The notes: generated by a model not told the origin, from the letters alone. A stretch of 64,000 nt of DNA from Azolla caroliniana (GCA_043228905.1 JBHGNT010000021.1:3968001-4032000), one strand, 5' to 3'; shown: positions 47,945 through 61,879, counted from the stretch's first letter. Program-made: numbers and translations.

Positions 47945-48759
47945 AAATGGACAAAAGAAGGCTCTGTTAATCAAAACGGAGACATTGCCAATTCCCTGTG
48001 AGAATTATGCTGTTGTGATTGTTCAGAGTTTGCAACGGCCCCCAGGGATTGTAGCCGATTTCGATTGAGATCTCTCAAAATAATCCTGCACCCAAAGATC
48101 CAACCGATTAGTTGAGAGGCGTGATTATAAGAGGAGGAAATGCAGAAGCCCATTCATCATTAATTTGGAAAGTGAGAGACACGGTACCTAGATGGGCTAC
48201 AAAAAAATTACAGTTGAGTAATTACAGATTTGATGATAAGAATTAAGAGTGGAGTAACTAGAATTAAGGAGGCGACAAAAGTTTAGGGTAGAGCAAATTA
48301 CAGATCCGAGTTTATATGTGGGCGAATTGTTGAAACTGACGAAGGGCAATTCTATGTAAGCAATGATTCTGGAGATAATTGAATGAATGCGCTGGTGGCA
48401 GGGGATTGAAAACAGTAAACCCTATTGTGAAGAATCGGGGATTGGTGGGGGATCGAAAACCCTAAACCCTTTGTTTGGAGAGATAATGGGGTTGAGTGGG
48501 TGGGGAGGAGAGATCCAGGCGCTGAAATGAGTGGGGGATTGAGGGATACAGATCGCCCCCCAAGAATCGATCACAAAAGTGCAGGGAATTGGAGGAATTG
48601 GAGATCTGGAAGGAAAAGGGGAGAGAGGAAGAGAAGAGGGGTAATTTGCTGCTACAGGAAGGGGTATTATAAGAAGGGTAGTTGGGGGGCTGTGTGGGGA
48701 GGAGGAGGGTTTAGTGAGAAGAATTAGGGTAGATGAGAGAAACAGAGCCAGAGGAGAGA

Positions 48760-48770
48760 AGGAGCAGGAA

Positions 48771-48801
<31 letters not shown>

Positions 48802-48918
48802 AGAGAAGAAGAAGAAGAAGAAGAAGGAGAAGGAGAAGGAGAAGGAGAAACCGATCAACAAGAAAACTCAGAAGAAAAAGGGGGAAAAATAACAGCACGC
48901 AAACAAATAGGAGAAGAA

Positions 48919-48968
<50 letters not shown>

Positions 48969-49070
48969 ACCCCCCAACATAACGGGAAAACCAAATTTCC
49001 CATTAAATACATGTAACATGTTTATTTGTTTGTTTGTTTGTTTGTTTGTTTCTTCTTCTTCTTCTTCTTA
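48760..49070. repeat. Microsatellite cluster (GAAA, GAA, GAAGGA, CT, GTTT) in the TRFL 5'/promoter region
   Basis: Directly visible simple repeats, e.g. (CT)n at 48923-48962. Confidence 0.9.
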
Positions 49071-52000
49071 TGCAGGCTTTGGGTGAGCCATGGCGAAGAT
49101 TTGGGGGATATGGGCTTCGGCCCGGTCGGCCACCTGCCCGCCCGCCCATCCCATGGACGGATCGGCCATTCCCTAACCTCAACCCCATGAACCTGACCAT
49201 CCAATGATTCACTAATACTATAGCCCCGTCTCTTGTCAACTTTCCACCTCCTCCTCATTATACATGTGTGTGTGTGTGTATGTGTTCTATTTACTTCACC
49301 CCTTGAAGCATCGTTGCTACATGAATCATCCGCGTCACCGGACTTCGCTTGCTCACCAGATAAAAAAAAAGGAAGGAAAAGAAAAGAAAGAGAGAGAGAG
49401 AGAGAGAAAGATCCCAATGGGCGGGTCGCTCTTTCCTCGCTTTTCTTTTCTTTTCGTCTCTACATACATTCCACGCACACGTGCGTCTCTCTCCACACAC
49501 GTCGGCTCTAGGGTGGACCCCGTTTTCCAACCCTCTCTCTCTCTCTCTCTCTTCTTTCTCTTTCTCTCCTTTCTTTCTCTTTCTTTTTGGGCTCGCGTAC
49601 ACCTCAATCTTAGCCCTTCCCAACAACCACCAATCCCCCCAAGCCATGTGATTGCATCCCTTGCCGTGGCTTAGTTTCATTTAATTATCACACAAAAAGG
49701 GGCATTCAATCTTAATCCTAACTGCCTGTCCCCCCCATGTGCCGAATTTAAGGACTAATTTGGTCACTTGTTAGCATTGTGTTTGAAGTAGTTTTGCTTG
49801 GAGAAACCCTCTTATCTTGACAAGGGGGAGCTTCTTTTCACCAACCCCCCCCCCCCCCCCAACCCTCTCGGGGCCAAACATCCATGTTGCTTCTCTAAGC
49901 TTTCCTATCCTCGTTCTTTGTACGTGTTAAAACTTTTTGTTTGCGTCGCCTATATGCGCGCGCACATTGAGTACATTTCACTTTTTCATATATACTAGGG
50001 GCTCTCTTGTTTGTCCACTTGTGCCATTACTTACTATAATAATGAATCTCCATCCACACATCATTGCCTACCAACTTCACATGTGCATCATGACCTTCTT
50101 TATGATATAATATATATTTTTCTTCCTCTTATAGTCAAGTATGGGGATTAATCCCAGAATTTGAATGTATCTATGCACCCGTATATGAGGAGTGTTTGCC
50201 TTAGATGTCCACCCCTCTCCTACCTTACCAAAATGGGTAAACATACAAACATGTAATATGGTTTGGTCTCACTGTGAAATACATAAATGCTTCAAACAAG
50301 TTTTCATTAAAAATAAACATCAATTATTGTATTGCTCAGGGGGCTATTGTTTTCCAACAATATACATTTAAGGGCGTTTTTTAAATTGCATGTTAATCAT
50401 CTTTTGCACATGGGATGCATATCAAGGATAGGGGTATAATTTTTTTGTTTATGATTTGAGAAATAAAAGAGGGTTTCTAGTTTTGCACTACAAATCTATG
50501 TGGCATATTCCTCATGTTAAATATCTCTCTTGTCACCTCCCACTCAAACCATCCCTTCAAAAGAAATATGGTTCACGCACTCCTTCCCTTTGAAAAGTCT
50601 TTCTATTGCACGCGCATACTGAATAGTTGCCCTTCTCACTTTCCAATCTAATTGTGTCCATGCAATTTCACTTTAGCTTCACGAGATTGTTTTATCATGG
50701 GTATCAATAAAGCATAAACTGTTTCAAAGAATGGTGTTATATGATAGGAATCAATATAGTTCATTACTTATGATGCATTTTGTTTGGTATAGTTGCAAAT
50801 TGCTCTAGGACACCTACTCATTCCCCACATAATGGATAGCGTTCCCTCAAAGTAAGTAAAGAATAGAATCTCATCTCTCATGTAGTTAACCATAGTACAG
50901 AATGAAGTGTTTTTATACTCCACGAAATATATGGTGACATCTTACATGATGACCATAAAACTTGAGAAACACAACAAAAAGTACATTGCAAGTTACTCAA
51001 ATTACTTACCCCAAGTAGATATTATGTTTATGTCACTCAATGTCCCCCCAAGTAGCTAGTAAATGAAAAACATAAGGCACGTGCACCAATTAAGTAATGG
51101 AGGTGTACTATGAGCCATGACTATGCGAACATGAAAACCTTTTACCATTTGCAAGATGGAATAGAACTTATAGACAACTCTTTTGTGTTGAAACTTGAAA
51201 GTTTTTGAAGACCTATTCGTAACCTATTCACGCAAGTGTATGAGAACAATTGGAACTATGCTACTTCAAGATAATTTAAATAAACAATGAAATGTGTGCC
51301 CGAGTTACAAGTTGCCTCTACTTTTAATTTCTTTAGATTGACTTTGATACAATTCCTTGGCCTCTACAATAATGATAAGTTATAGAAGGTTAAATGAAGA
51401 AGGAGAAATTAATGCAACTGTTCATGGATTTATTTAGGCGATGACTATGAACTTCTATTTGACATAACAATATTTGATAATGACAATTCCACAAAATAAC
51501 GAAAACATAATGTATATTTTAATATTAGGATCATTCTTTAATAATATGATTGCAATGATATATGATAATTATATTGTATAAAGTCAAACACAATATATGT
51601 TACATTGCTCAATAATCGAAGAAAAGTATCCATATAATAATAACTTCATTATATTTTGTGCATAACTCCTTTCCAATTAAGTTTGAAACCTTTTGAAGAA
51701 CTTGTAAAGGATTCCCTAGCATGTCGGTGACCATATTACTTCGAATCAATGTTACTTGAAAGTTGGTAGGACATTCTGTATTCATAGGAGGCCATATCAA
51801 TGACATAATTTGATACATATCACAACCATTTAGAATTGGGATATGAAAAAGGCATGTAATTGGGGACAATATGAGAATCATATCTAGGAGATGAGTTAAC
51901 ATGTGTGACTATTGCAAGTTGGAACACATAGAGCCATCGGAACAAGCTCTCAAAAGAAACATACAAACCATGAGGTTCTCATAAGCCAACCAAGCAAATG

Positions 52001-52110
52001 TGGAAAGAAGGGATTAAAATCAATGTATGAAAAATTAATGATAAGTAGCAATGAAGGAGTAAGAGCAAACATGATACCATCACATTGTCCAAGCACTAAG
52101 TGGATAAGAC

Positions 52111-52151
<41 letters not shown>

Positions 52152-52421
52152 GAGGCATAAGGTCTCCACGCCATCACGTCATCATGGGAAGAGAAGCGCT
52201 CATAGACAATAAAGCATGTGAGCAAAAAAAATGCTAAAAGAGAAAAGGAGAGGGGGAAGGCATGTTGGGCTCCAATAAGAACCTTCCATAGCTAACCTTT
52301 TAGGCATATATGTTATGGGCACGATGTTGTGAACCTTGGTGTACAACTTGAGAGTGATAGGGGAGCTCCATCATGTGCCATTGTGTCCCCATAATAGAGT
52401 GAAGGGATCTCCATCTACTTG

Positions 52422-52423
<2 letters not shown>

Positions 52424-52502
<79 letters not shown>
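52424..52502. repeat. (GA)n microsatellite; (TA)n also at 52115-52146
   Basis: Directly visible perfect dinucleotide runs. Confidence 0.95.
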
Positions 52503-52505
<3 letters not shown>

Positions 52506-55500
52506 ACCACCTAGCAATAAGGAAGAGAATGTGTGAGGATGGGATCTTGTTCATGTGCCATCTATTTTATACGTATGAGGTGACTTCTAGACCATAGGCT
52601 TTGGATGACAAGCACCTTTGGTTGTTGGCCTCTCTCTAGAGGCAAAGTACATCCATTAGAAATGGTAATCTCGCTACTCAACATGTAACTCATGCCAATC
52701 AATGTTCTTCACAATATCTACTTTGATCATTACACATAGTTTCATTATTTGTTTTTAAGCTATCTTTTGAAGTATATCTTTCGTGGATGTCACATCAATG
52801 GAGGGATCCATTCTAAATAGCTTTTCAAACGATGGAAGCGCAACAAATGGTATGGCATTTAACTTCTCGATACTATTGAATGTAAACATATTTGTTGATT
52901 GTAGAGAATGGATTGTTTAGATTGTTATTTGCTCTAACTAATGCCACACTTTGTATGTGTATTTGCTAAAAATTGATTGCTTTTTTCACTTAATTAATTT
53001 GAACATCAATAAATTCATTCAGATGCCTCTAATTTAGTGAAGTGACATTGACTAATCAAGAAATTGTTGATAACTAAGCAATGCATCACCAATTGATTGA
53101 GTAGATTAAGCGATATGCCACCAATTCAATGAATGCCAATTAAGCACATCAGATAATTATGTTGGATACTTAACTAGTCCTTGATTGCGTACAATCAATA
53201 TCAATCAATCTTATTTGCCTTCCATATTCGATTGATTAATAACATGCCACAATAGTCCGCACACTCCTTGAGTAATTTGGTTATGTTATTTCAAATTCTA
53301 TCACTTCCTAAACACATCCATAGTAGTTTCATAAATTTGGAGCAACTCAATCTTTTCAAACAACTAATCATCCATATGCTCTTTTGTGTACAATACCATT
53401 GTGCACCAAACCAATGTTGATTGTATTGTCAATTGTGGAGTGAAGCCCATCCAATAACGCATAGAACAAGCAAAGCCACATGCCAACATTGTCCTTGAAG
53501 GTGTCCCAACAATAAGGGAAATACAGAGGCCATGATGTAGTGAAGTATGCCACTCATCAAGGATCCAAACCGTAGTCTAAGGATAGGCATAGACCAACAA
53601 TTGCGTGTGTATGACGTCCTATTCTTGTTAGTTCCAAGGTCCAACCTAGAGGCAAAGCACTTCAACAATAATTGCCGAAGTTACCCTCCGATCCACTTGA
53701 ACCCATGAAAAGCTAGAAACAATATAAGAAGTACATTATTTTGTATGAAATGAGATTTCAAGAGGTCAATGTTGAACATATGTCGAGACTCAAAGACTCT
53801 TTAGAAATTTTAGCGACTTGCATCATATTGCATATTCTCTTGAATAATGTATAAATTTTGCAAGTGTTTGATTTGTAGTGTGTGTGCTTGCCATGAGATT
53901 TGATGGTTGTTATCAGTCCATAAAACTCCGTAAAAAGAATCTTACAAAAATAATGGAAGGTTGGCTATGATTTGCATAGTTACTATGTGGCGAAAGGGTA
54001 GAGGATGATTTCTAAATTTGGCCGATTGCATTGCCAGACAATCTTGAAAACACTTCTGACCATTGTCACAAACCATAACTCGACCGAATTCTGTATATAT
54101 CTACTGTTAAGTGCTTGTACATAAGTCGCACAATCAAGACTTTGCAAGAAACAAAATGTCAGATAATTGCAGACAGCAAGTTTTGAGTCATATATATCTT
54201 GAATACTCTGGATTTAGACTTCAGTGAATCCAATAGCGTTTTATTCCTTGAGGTGGAAGCTGGAATTTGTAAACCGTACTAATATGACATCCGAGCCATA
54301 ATTAATAATTTCAACTCTCCATACCATTATCAGTGATAGTCATATTCCATGAAAATCAATCATCATCAATCTACAATCAGATTATACTAACCCTACAGGA
54401 TCTGCAACATCTAAAATCTACTCAACAAAAGAGATTCAAGTGCAGAAGTTCAACATTTATCCCTCAATTCACAGAGATACCTAAAGATGTGAGCAATCTG
54501 ACCAACATGGTTCATTTTCTTTTTATGCAACCATACAGCACCATCCACACTTAGAGAAAAGATTTAAAGGACTGGGAGTAATTGAGGTTGGGAAAGGAGA
54601 ACACCTTATTCTTTCTATTTCTAAGGCTTCAAATGACAATACTGCCACAGGTTCTCAAAAAGACAACCAAGCAACTTGATCTTTAATTATCATTTGGAAC
54701 TCTGAGGTTTGGGATGATGTCAGTAGGCAATTCATTATCCTCTGAAGAAAGCATGCACCTTTCTACAAAGGAAACTATGCAGTGCACTCAACATTTCCAG
54801 GCAAGATCCTTTAAGGCACCATGTTATGTGCTCGTTTCAGGAAATGAAACAACGACAAATATTGATACTTGATAGCATGCCAAAATCACTCAGTAAATGC
54901 AGCCTCAGTGCAGAATTAGCACCATTTTAACACCTAGACACAGAATAATGCAAGGTGACATTGATCAATCACATTCTTGGGTTATGATGTTAACTTTATT
55001 CAACCAAACTCAACTCTACAGGTGACACAGGTAGTTGGCATTATACTCTACAGAAACGACCTATAGGGCCAATAATATAACACACACATTATTAAGTAGA
55101 TTTTAACCATACATACTAATTAACAATCCATTCCTCTGCTGTCTGTGGAAACAAGTACCATGAAAGCAAACACGGGGCAACTTGAGAGACCAATCACCTG
55201 ATGCATAGTCCTTGATTAAGCTATCAGGACAATAATCCTAATGGTTAACATGAAATCAGAAGGCATTGTAAAAACACCTCTGGAGCTGGCTTTTTCACAA
55301 GCTACCACATCACAGTAAAAGTTTGCATGAATAAAATCAAGCCCAAATAATATCATAAGCTCCAGACTTTTAAATAATGTCCAAGAGAATCTCATGTTAC
55401 ACATGCGAATCCCAGTTCCATATTTTATTCAACTTTAGTAATCCAATCTATATCCTAAAACCAGAGTTCAGAATTAATACTGAAATCAAGCTATTGTTTT

Positions 55501-55683
55501 AGAATGTGAATTAGCGCTATCGTTATAAAGAAACAAATATAGCATGATGCAACTAATGATGTAACTTCTTGTACATCAGAAAAAATGGGGATCAAATTTG
55601 CAGTACAGCAATCTGTAAAGAATAAACCTGAATTTCCTCTCTGAGATTCAAAAAAGTTCAGTAGTCACTGTCAATTACGCTGG

Positions 55684-57690
55684 TCATTTCTCTGCATCAT
55701 TGCTTTGGTTTACCTCATCAATCGTGCCACTGGTCTCCATTCCCCTCGGAATGACCTCAAAAGCCTCTTCAAAATCTGTATAAGCTGTTTTAGTGTCTAT
55801 GGTTTTAGTCCTTTCCTCAGTTACAATCAAATCAGTATTCTCCAAGAAACCAACTCCAGGGCCATCAACAGACCCAAGATCTAGGGTTTCAGAAATCTCA
55901 CTGACTCCTGTCTCAGATTCTGCAAAATGTGATTGTGCCAGATATTCAGAATCTGGAAGGAGCTCTATTTTAGCTTCATCCTTTGATTCTCGAAATATCT
56001 CTTTTGTAGCTTCACCCCCAGATTCTTGATGGATTTCTGTTTTTGTTTTCACTTCATCCCCTGAATCTGGAAGCACTAGACCATTCTCCAAAATTCTAGT
56101 TTCTTCCCCCTCTGCTAGATCTGGATTTTCAACCTTTTCCTCATAGATTTCTACATTGGCATTATCATTACAAACACTGTGTAGCGGAGGAAACATAGAT
56201 TCATTCAGGTTCAGAATGTCACCTCCATTGTAATGCAAACCATCTTGTTTCATATGGGAACCATTCTCAAAGCTGGTCTCTGAACCACTCGCAAGAGCCT
56301 CTTCCTCCGGAGACAGTACAATAATCTCTTTTTCCCCCCTCTCCCTATTTTCTCGAGCCTTCCTTTGCATCTCTAAATATAAGTCCTTGCGCTTCTGAAT
56401 CTCTTCAATCTTCTTGGGCACATCACTGCAGATTGTGGGGGGCAAGACCTTCATCTTTTGGAAGGATGAGAGGGCATCAAGTGATAGTGAAATCTTTTCC
56501 TTTGATTTGTTTTTCTGGGAAGCAGAAGACTTAGATTTCTTGCCCCCTTTTTTACTACCAGATCCTACAAACCAACCCTCTAGATCATCGTCATTCCGGT
56601 TCTTCTTGCTAACAAGAACATCCCCAAACCCTGCTGATGCCAACACTTCTGGCTTCTGTTTGGACTGTGGCAAAGCTTCCCCTTCTTCTTCGGGGGCAAT
56701 CTTCTGCATGTAGGAGATGAGCTGCTCACAGAGGATAATCTCGACTGTGTATGGCTCCACAAAGTTCTCGAGAGCCCTTTGTTTCCGAACCTTCTCCCTC
56801 TCCAATCTCTCCTCCCTCACTTTCTCATTCTTCACCTTCATATCTGCAGCCTGCTGCGCTCTCCATTCCCTCTCCTTCTTCCAGAACTCATCTTCTGTAG
56901 CTGCAAAATCCAGCTTTAACTGTCGGATCTCTTCGCGCAGGGCCTTGATCTTCTGGTAGGAGGTGTTCTTCTCCTGAACGAGAGCAGGGACATCGAGGGT
57001 GAGTTTAATCTCACGGTCCCGGATCTCGGCGAGGAGGAGGCGCTGCTCCTCTTGCTGCGCCTTCAGACCGTTGAGGCGCACATCATCCTCCTTGATGAGT
57101 TCCACAAGCTTCGCACGGGATTCCAGGTCTTGCTCCACACGGACTTCGTGAAGAAGGAGGGCCTCCCTCGTCTTCTTCAGCTTCGCAAACTGCTGGAGGA
57201 GCTTCTTCTCTTCATCAATGTGAAGGGTTGTGTGGGTCTGCCTGTACTCCAGCTGCTTCATCTCTTCGTCCATCTGCTCCACCTTCACATGGGGGATGCC
57301 GGACCTCGCATCCTCACGCAACTTCTCCTTCACCACATCGAGCTCCTGGCGGTGGATCTTCTTGGCCTCGAGGGACTGCTTGAAGAGCTCGTTGAGCTCG
57401 GCCAGGCGGTTCCTAGCATGGACCGTCTCGGGGGAGGCGGCATGCCTGTTCTGCAGCTTAGTGTCAAGGAGGTCCTTGATCTCCTTGATGCGGATCTGCA
57501 GGGCGTCGATCTGGCCCTCCAGGAGGCCGATCTGCTCGATGAAGGCGGGCTTGTTGGGGCGATCGGGGCGCTTCACACGCAGGGATCGAGGGGGAGGATC
57601 TGAGCTGCTGCTGTTGTTGTTGTTGTTGTTGTTGGAGGAGGAGGAGGCTACTTCATGTTGTTGTTGCTGCTGCTGAGTAGATCCCACCAT
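55684..57690 (-). CDS. Intronless Bfr1-like / proton-pump-interactor-like coiled-coil protein (668 aa)
   Basis: ATG in gccATGg context at 57690; polyQ/N/S start; KRPDRPNK; KVEQMDEEMKQLEYRQTHTTLHIDEEKKLLQQFAKLKKTR core shared by the Bfr1/PPI families; EPYTVEIILCEQLISY and SFQKMKVLPP blocks; acidic low-complexity tail. Confidence 0.85.
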   Translation of the reverse strand: MVGSTQQQQQQHEVASSSSNNNNNNNSSSSDPPPRSLRVKRPDRPNKPAFIEQIGLLEGQIDALQIRIKEIKDLLDTKLQNRHAASPETVHARNRLAELNELFKQSLEAKKIHRQELDVVKEKLREDARSGIPHVKVEQMDEEMKQLEYRQTHTTLHIDEEKKLLQQFAKLKKTREALLLHEVRVEQDLESRAKLVELIKEDDVRLNGLKAQQEEQRLLLAEIRDREIKLTLDVPALVQEKNTSYQKIKALREEIRQLKLDFAATEDEFWKKEREWRAQQAADMKVKNEKVREERLEREKVRKQRALENFVEPYTVEIILCEQLISYMQKIAPEEEGEALPQSKQKPEVLASAGFGDVLVSKKNRNDDDLEGWFVGSGSKKGGKKSKSSASQKNKSKEKISLSLDALSSFQKMKVLPPTICSDVPKKIEEIQKRKDLYLEMQRKARENRERGEKEIIVLSPEEEALASGSETSFENGSHMKQDGLHYNGGDILNLNESMFPPLHSVCNDNANVEIYEEKVENPDLAEGEETRILENGLVLPDSGDEVKTKTEIHQESGGEATKEIFRESKDEAKIELLPDSEYLAQSHFAESETGVSEISETLDLGSVDGPGVGFLENTDLIVTEERTKTIDTKTAYTDFEEAFEVIPRGMETSGTIDEVNQSNDAEK

Positions 57691-57794
57691 GGCCACCAAC
57701 ACCTGTGTTTCTGGTGTGGCCGATTCGTGCTCCCCAACTCACCCAGAGAAGGAAGGAAAGGGAAGGGAAGGAGGGAAGGAAGAATGTGTACCTC

Positions 57795-57965
57795 TGCTCT
57801 GTGCCTGTGCCTCCTGCTCTGCGATCTCGGCTATGTCTGCTATGTCTGCTATCTCTGCTCTGCGATCTCTGCTATGTCTGCTCTGAGATCTCTGCTATGT
57901 CTGCTCTCAGATCTCTGCTATGTCTGCTCTGCGATCTCTGCTATCTCTGTTCTGCTCTCTGATCT
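57795..57965. repeat. ~23-bp minisatellite in the 5' leader region of the Bfr1-like gene
   Basis: 'ctctgcgatctctgctatgtctg' variants repeated about 5-6 times. Confidence 0.85.
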
Positions 57966-59068
57966 GCCAATTTTTGTATTTGACAGAGAGAATGCATAAC
58001 ATAACTTAACATAAACATATATGTAAGTTGTAACAGTATATGTATAGCATAGCATGGATCTTCTCTGTTTTTAGAGTTCTTTATTTAGTTCTTCTAGTTA
58101 ACCCTTTGAAACGAAGCACCATATATGTATACAATAAAGAGGTTTTTGGTTTTTTTTATGCCTAGGGCCTAGGGATTGACTAACTCTCTTGTGGCCTCGG
58201 CGAGAGAGAAGCGGCCTGACACCGCCAAATGCCGACACAATCCCCATGTCCGTCCGGCAGGCCATCACTCACCGCACCCCTCCCCCCCCCACCTTGTGAC
58301 ACTCACAGTATCGTAAGCCGAGCTTACGTATAAAGGTAACTAATCCTCTTAACAACCAGGTGCTTCGCATTGCTCGCCCCCCTGAAACCTACATGAGAAA
58401 TCAGCTCCCCTTTCAGCCTATGTATGTGTCTATCTGCATGCATGTCATGGCACACCGACAAAGCTGTCGTTTCATATGATTTAGAGGGTAAAGATCAACT
58501 CGTTGGATGGTAAAAACAACGCAGACAGAGTGACTAACTTTTCTTAGATAACGATACCCAAAGTTTGTGACGCTAAACAACTTGAATGGCTATCGCGACT
58601 ACATGCACAATGAATATATATATGCTTGGCAACGCCCATGTGTTATGAACATATATAACAACTCCAAACGCATGATAGAGATTTGAACCCATGACCTCTT
58701 CAAAAAAGACATATAACCTTAGCTATTATGATAGATCATATTCTACATAATATGTTACCAAATGATATCATACCTCCCATAGGCGAATTCATGATCAACA
58801 AGTGGCATCCTTGCATGAAAATTGTCTTCTTACATCAACATTTGGACATCCTTGGGTAATGCACCATTTAGTGATACCTTGGCTATTTATTGAGCTCTAT
58901 CAATTTTTGTTATCGGGTAACCAATCTATTCATGGCCTTTTATCACGTCAGTTTTGGAATAAAGGTCACGATGCATATAGTCCTAGGAGGATTAAGTGCA
59001 TGCATAAATGTAACATAATAGATTAAATAAGGGGTGTGTGTTTGACACACACACAATTGTACAACAAA

Positions 59069-61661
59069 CGTCAACCCACTATTTGTGTTGATAAAGCTAT
59101 TGCTTTGGATGCAACATTCACAATGGAGGAGCTTTGGAGGCTCATAAGGGTCTCGGGAAAGGCAAAGCACCTGGTTGAGATGGTATTACGTTAGCGTTCA
59201 TTGCAGAATTTTGGGATGTCCTTAAGAATTTAATCTTGTATATGGCAAATAAAGCTTGGCAATAATGGGATATGCATATCTCATGGAATGAAGGTTTGGT
59301 CAAATTAATACCCAAAAAGAAATCGTGTGAATCTTTTTCGAATTGTTGACCAATCACTCTCATGCTAGTAATATATAAACTTATTGCAAAGATTATTGTT
59401 AATCATATTAAGGACACTTTGTTGGGAGGCATACACATAAACCAATACGGGTTCATTCCACGAAAGCAAATTACATATAATATTGCTAATGCCTATATTG
59501 GAATGGAGTATGCCAAATACACCAAACAAGATGTATTGATCATGCAAATTGACATTGAAAAGGCCGTTGATACCATACAATGGGATTTTGTGGCAACTAC
59601 AATGGTCAAACTAGGATTTGGCCCAAAAATGTCTCAAATAAGCTATTGGCTTTATGGGTCTAGCACATCTTCATGCATTATTGATGGTGAATTGACATAT
59701 TCATGGAGCTTAGCCAAATCAGTACGACAACATTGTCCTGTAAGTGCATTGTTGTATGCAATTGCAAGTCATCCACTATTATTGTACATGGATAATCTAG
59801 TATCAATTGGTCAACTTCACTGTTTGCAAATGAAAGACGAATATGATTTTGTGGCTCAAGCATATGCAAATGATACATCATTCTTGTCACAAAACAATCC
59901 AATTTATGGATGCCCTCAAATTGTATGGATTAGCTACTGGACTACATGTTAACTTCAACGAGTCCAAACTCCTACCCTTGACACCATATAGTTGGCATCA
60001 ACTTTTGTGACCAGATCAAGTTGTTAGTCCAAATGAAATGGTTAGACATCTTGGTTATCCATTGGGATGGAATGCAACAAGCAAAGGAAAGGTTGAATGG
60101 GTTCTGCAAAAAGTGAGACAAAAGCTAAGTTATTGGAAGATTGCAACATGGCCACTCCATTTCAGATTGAGGATAGTGCAATCTATATTCGTGACTTACG
60201 TACAATATTACTTAATTATGATTGATTGGTCGAAACACATGATATGAAAGATTAATTCAGAAATCATAAGCAACTTTTGGTGCTCTCAACAGTCACGTAG
60301 TGGTGTACGACTCTTATCACTAGAGAAGATATGCACTCAACGATTATGTGGAGGGCTAAATATTCTTAATTTGCAGTAACTATTGCATATGTTGGCTAGA
60401 AAAGCTACTTTACTACCAAAAATGGTTGAAAAAGCATTGCCTTGGGCTGGAATGCTATCATATATGTTTGCTAATTTGAAAACCAAGTCATTTGGCTCAT
60501 GGGATATTAACCATTGGGATGTAGTGTTTGGAAAGCTTGATGGGAACATCAAAGGTTGTCCATTTAGCTCAAAGCTTCTAAGCACTAGAAGGAAGTATTG
60601 CACCACATAAAATGGAGAGGCAGGAATTCAGAATTAGGGAACTCATTACACCTCGAAAGCTTACATTGAGGTACTATATTCCCAGAGCCACTAGTTGAAC
60701 AAGAGCCTAGGAAATCTTTCTTTTTAGCAAAGAAGGGGTTGAAATCAATTGCAGATGTGGTAAATGACCAAGGTCACCTATTAAGCTTCAATGACATGAC
60801 ATGTTGTTATAGTCTTGGGTCACATCATCGCATTATCTGGAATCAAGTCACAGAGTTGGTACTTTCTTTAGTACCTGTGCCACCTCTAGATGGAGATTGC
60901 AGGATTCAAGACTAGATGTTACAAAAAGAAAACATTGATATTCCAATGAATAAGATTACAACACCTTCAGTGTATATGATGTTGCAACCTGACCAGTGGT
61001 TTCACAAACATGCAAATGCATTGTGGCACATACGCAAAACACATTCTTGGTGGAAAAACCGTCTTACAAGCTTATGGAGCTCTGGTCTTCCACTTAAGCA
61101 ACGAGTATTCCTATGGAGATACCTATTGGGTGTGCTCTTGACTGGGTCAAATTTTCAAAAGAGATCGATAGCCTTGCCGCATTGTGCAATATGTGGTGGA
61201 CGATTGGAAGCAGTCCCACACTTATTATGGACTTGCTCATTCACTACAACATTTGTACAAAGATTAAGTGCATCTCTTTCTCACCGATTTCCTGGTCGAA
61301 GGTTTGGGAAACACTTTTGGCTATTTGAACAAATTTTATGCGCCCTATCAAGCAATGCCTATTTTCTCCAATGGACAAGATTTTGGGCACTTTGGACCAT
61401 TTAGACAGCCTGCAATACTAAGGTCTTTGATCGCAACCCACTGCATGAAGTTAGCTTCTTTAAGCAATTCCTCAGGCAATATGTATTCTATTGTCTGCAA
61501 CTTAGAGACATCACATTGCAAATTTACACTTTTTTCTTTGAGTGCTTTAAAGCTCTTTCATGTCTAATCGACACTTGTATATTTCTCTTTATTCTTTGTG
61601 GGTTTTCACCTCACTTTGAGGTATCCCACTAGTAATAAACGTGTTACTAAAAAAAAAAAAA
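59069..61661 (+). mobile_element. 5'-truncated, decayed L1 LINE (RT plus zf-RVT), poly(A)-tailed
   Basis: KAPG*DG, GFIPRKQI, DIEKAVD, YANDT (YADD-like), RHLGYPLG, CAIC...HLLWTC; A-run 61649-61661; probable TSD TACAACAAA at 59060-59068 and 61662-61670. Confidence 0.9.
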
Positions 61662-61879
61662 TACAACAAATGACATAACTATGTTAGGCAATAAAGGGAA
61701 AGATTAAAATGATAGTAATACTACTAAACAATCTATATAATCAACACTTTATACAAGAGTAATTGGGATATCTAGGGATCCACTTTGTTCAATGCAAAGG
61801 CATTTCATGTTCATTAGATAAATAGTGAACGTTAACATGCATGTGCCCCAAAGAGAGTGTATGATTGAGCTTATTATCT

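Noticed and set aside
48422-49680. Several 90-196-aa ORFs upstream of TRFL
   Set aside because: Translations of microsatellites (poly-L, poly-R, RE/SL repeats).
58675-58740. tRNA gene or tRNA-derived SINE (B-box-like ggttcaaatc on the minus strand)
   Set aside because: No A box, cloverleaf or TSD; at most a very old SINE trace.
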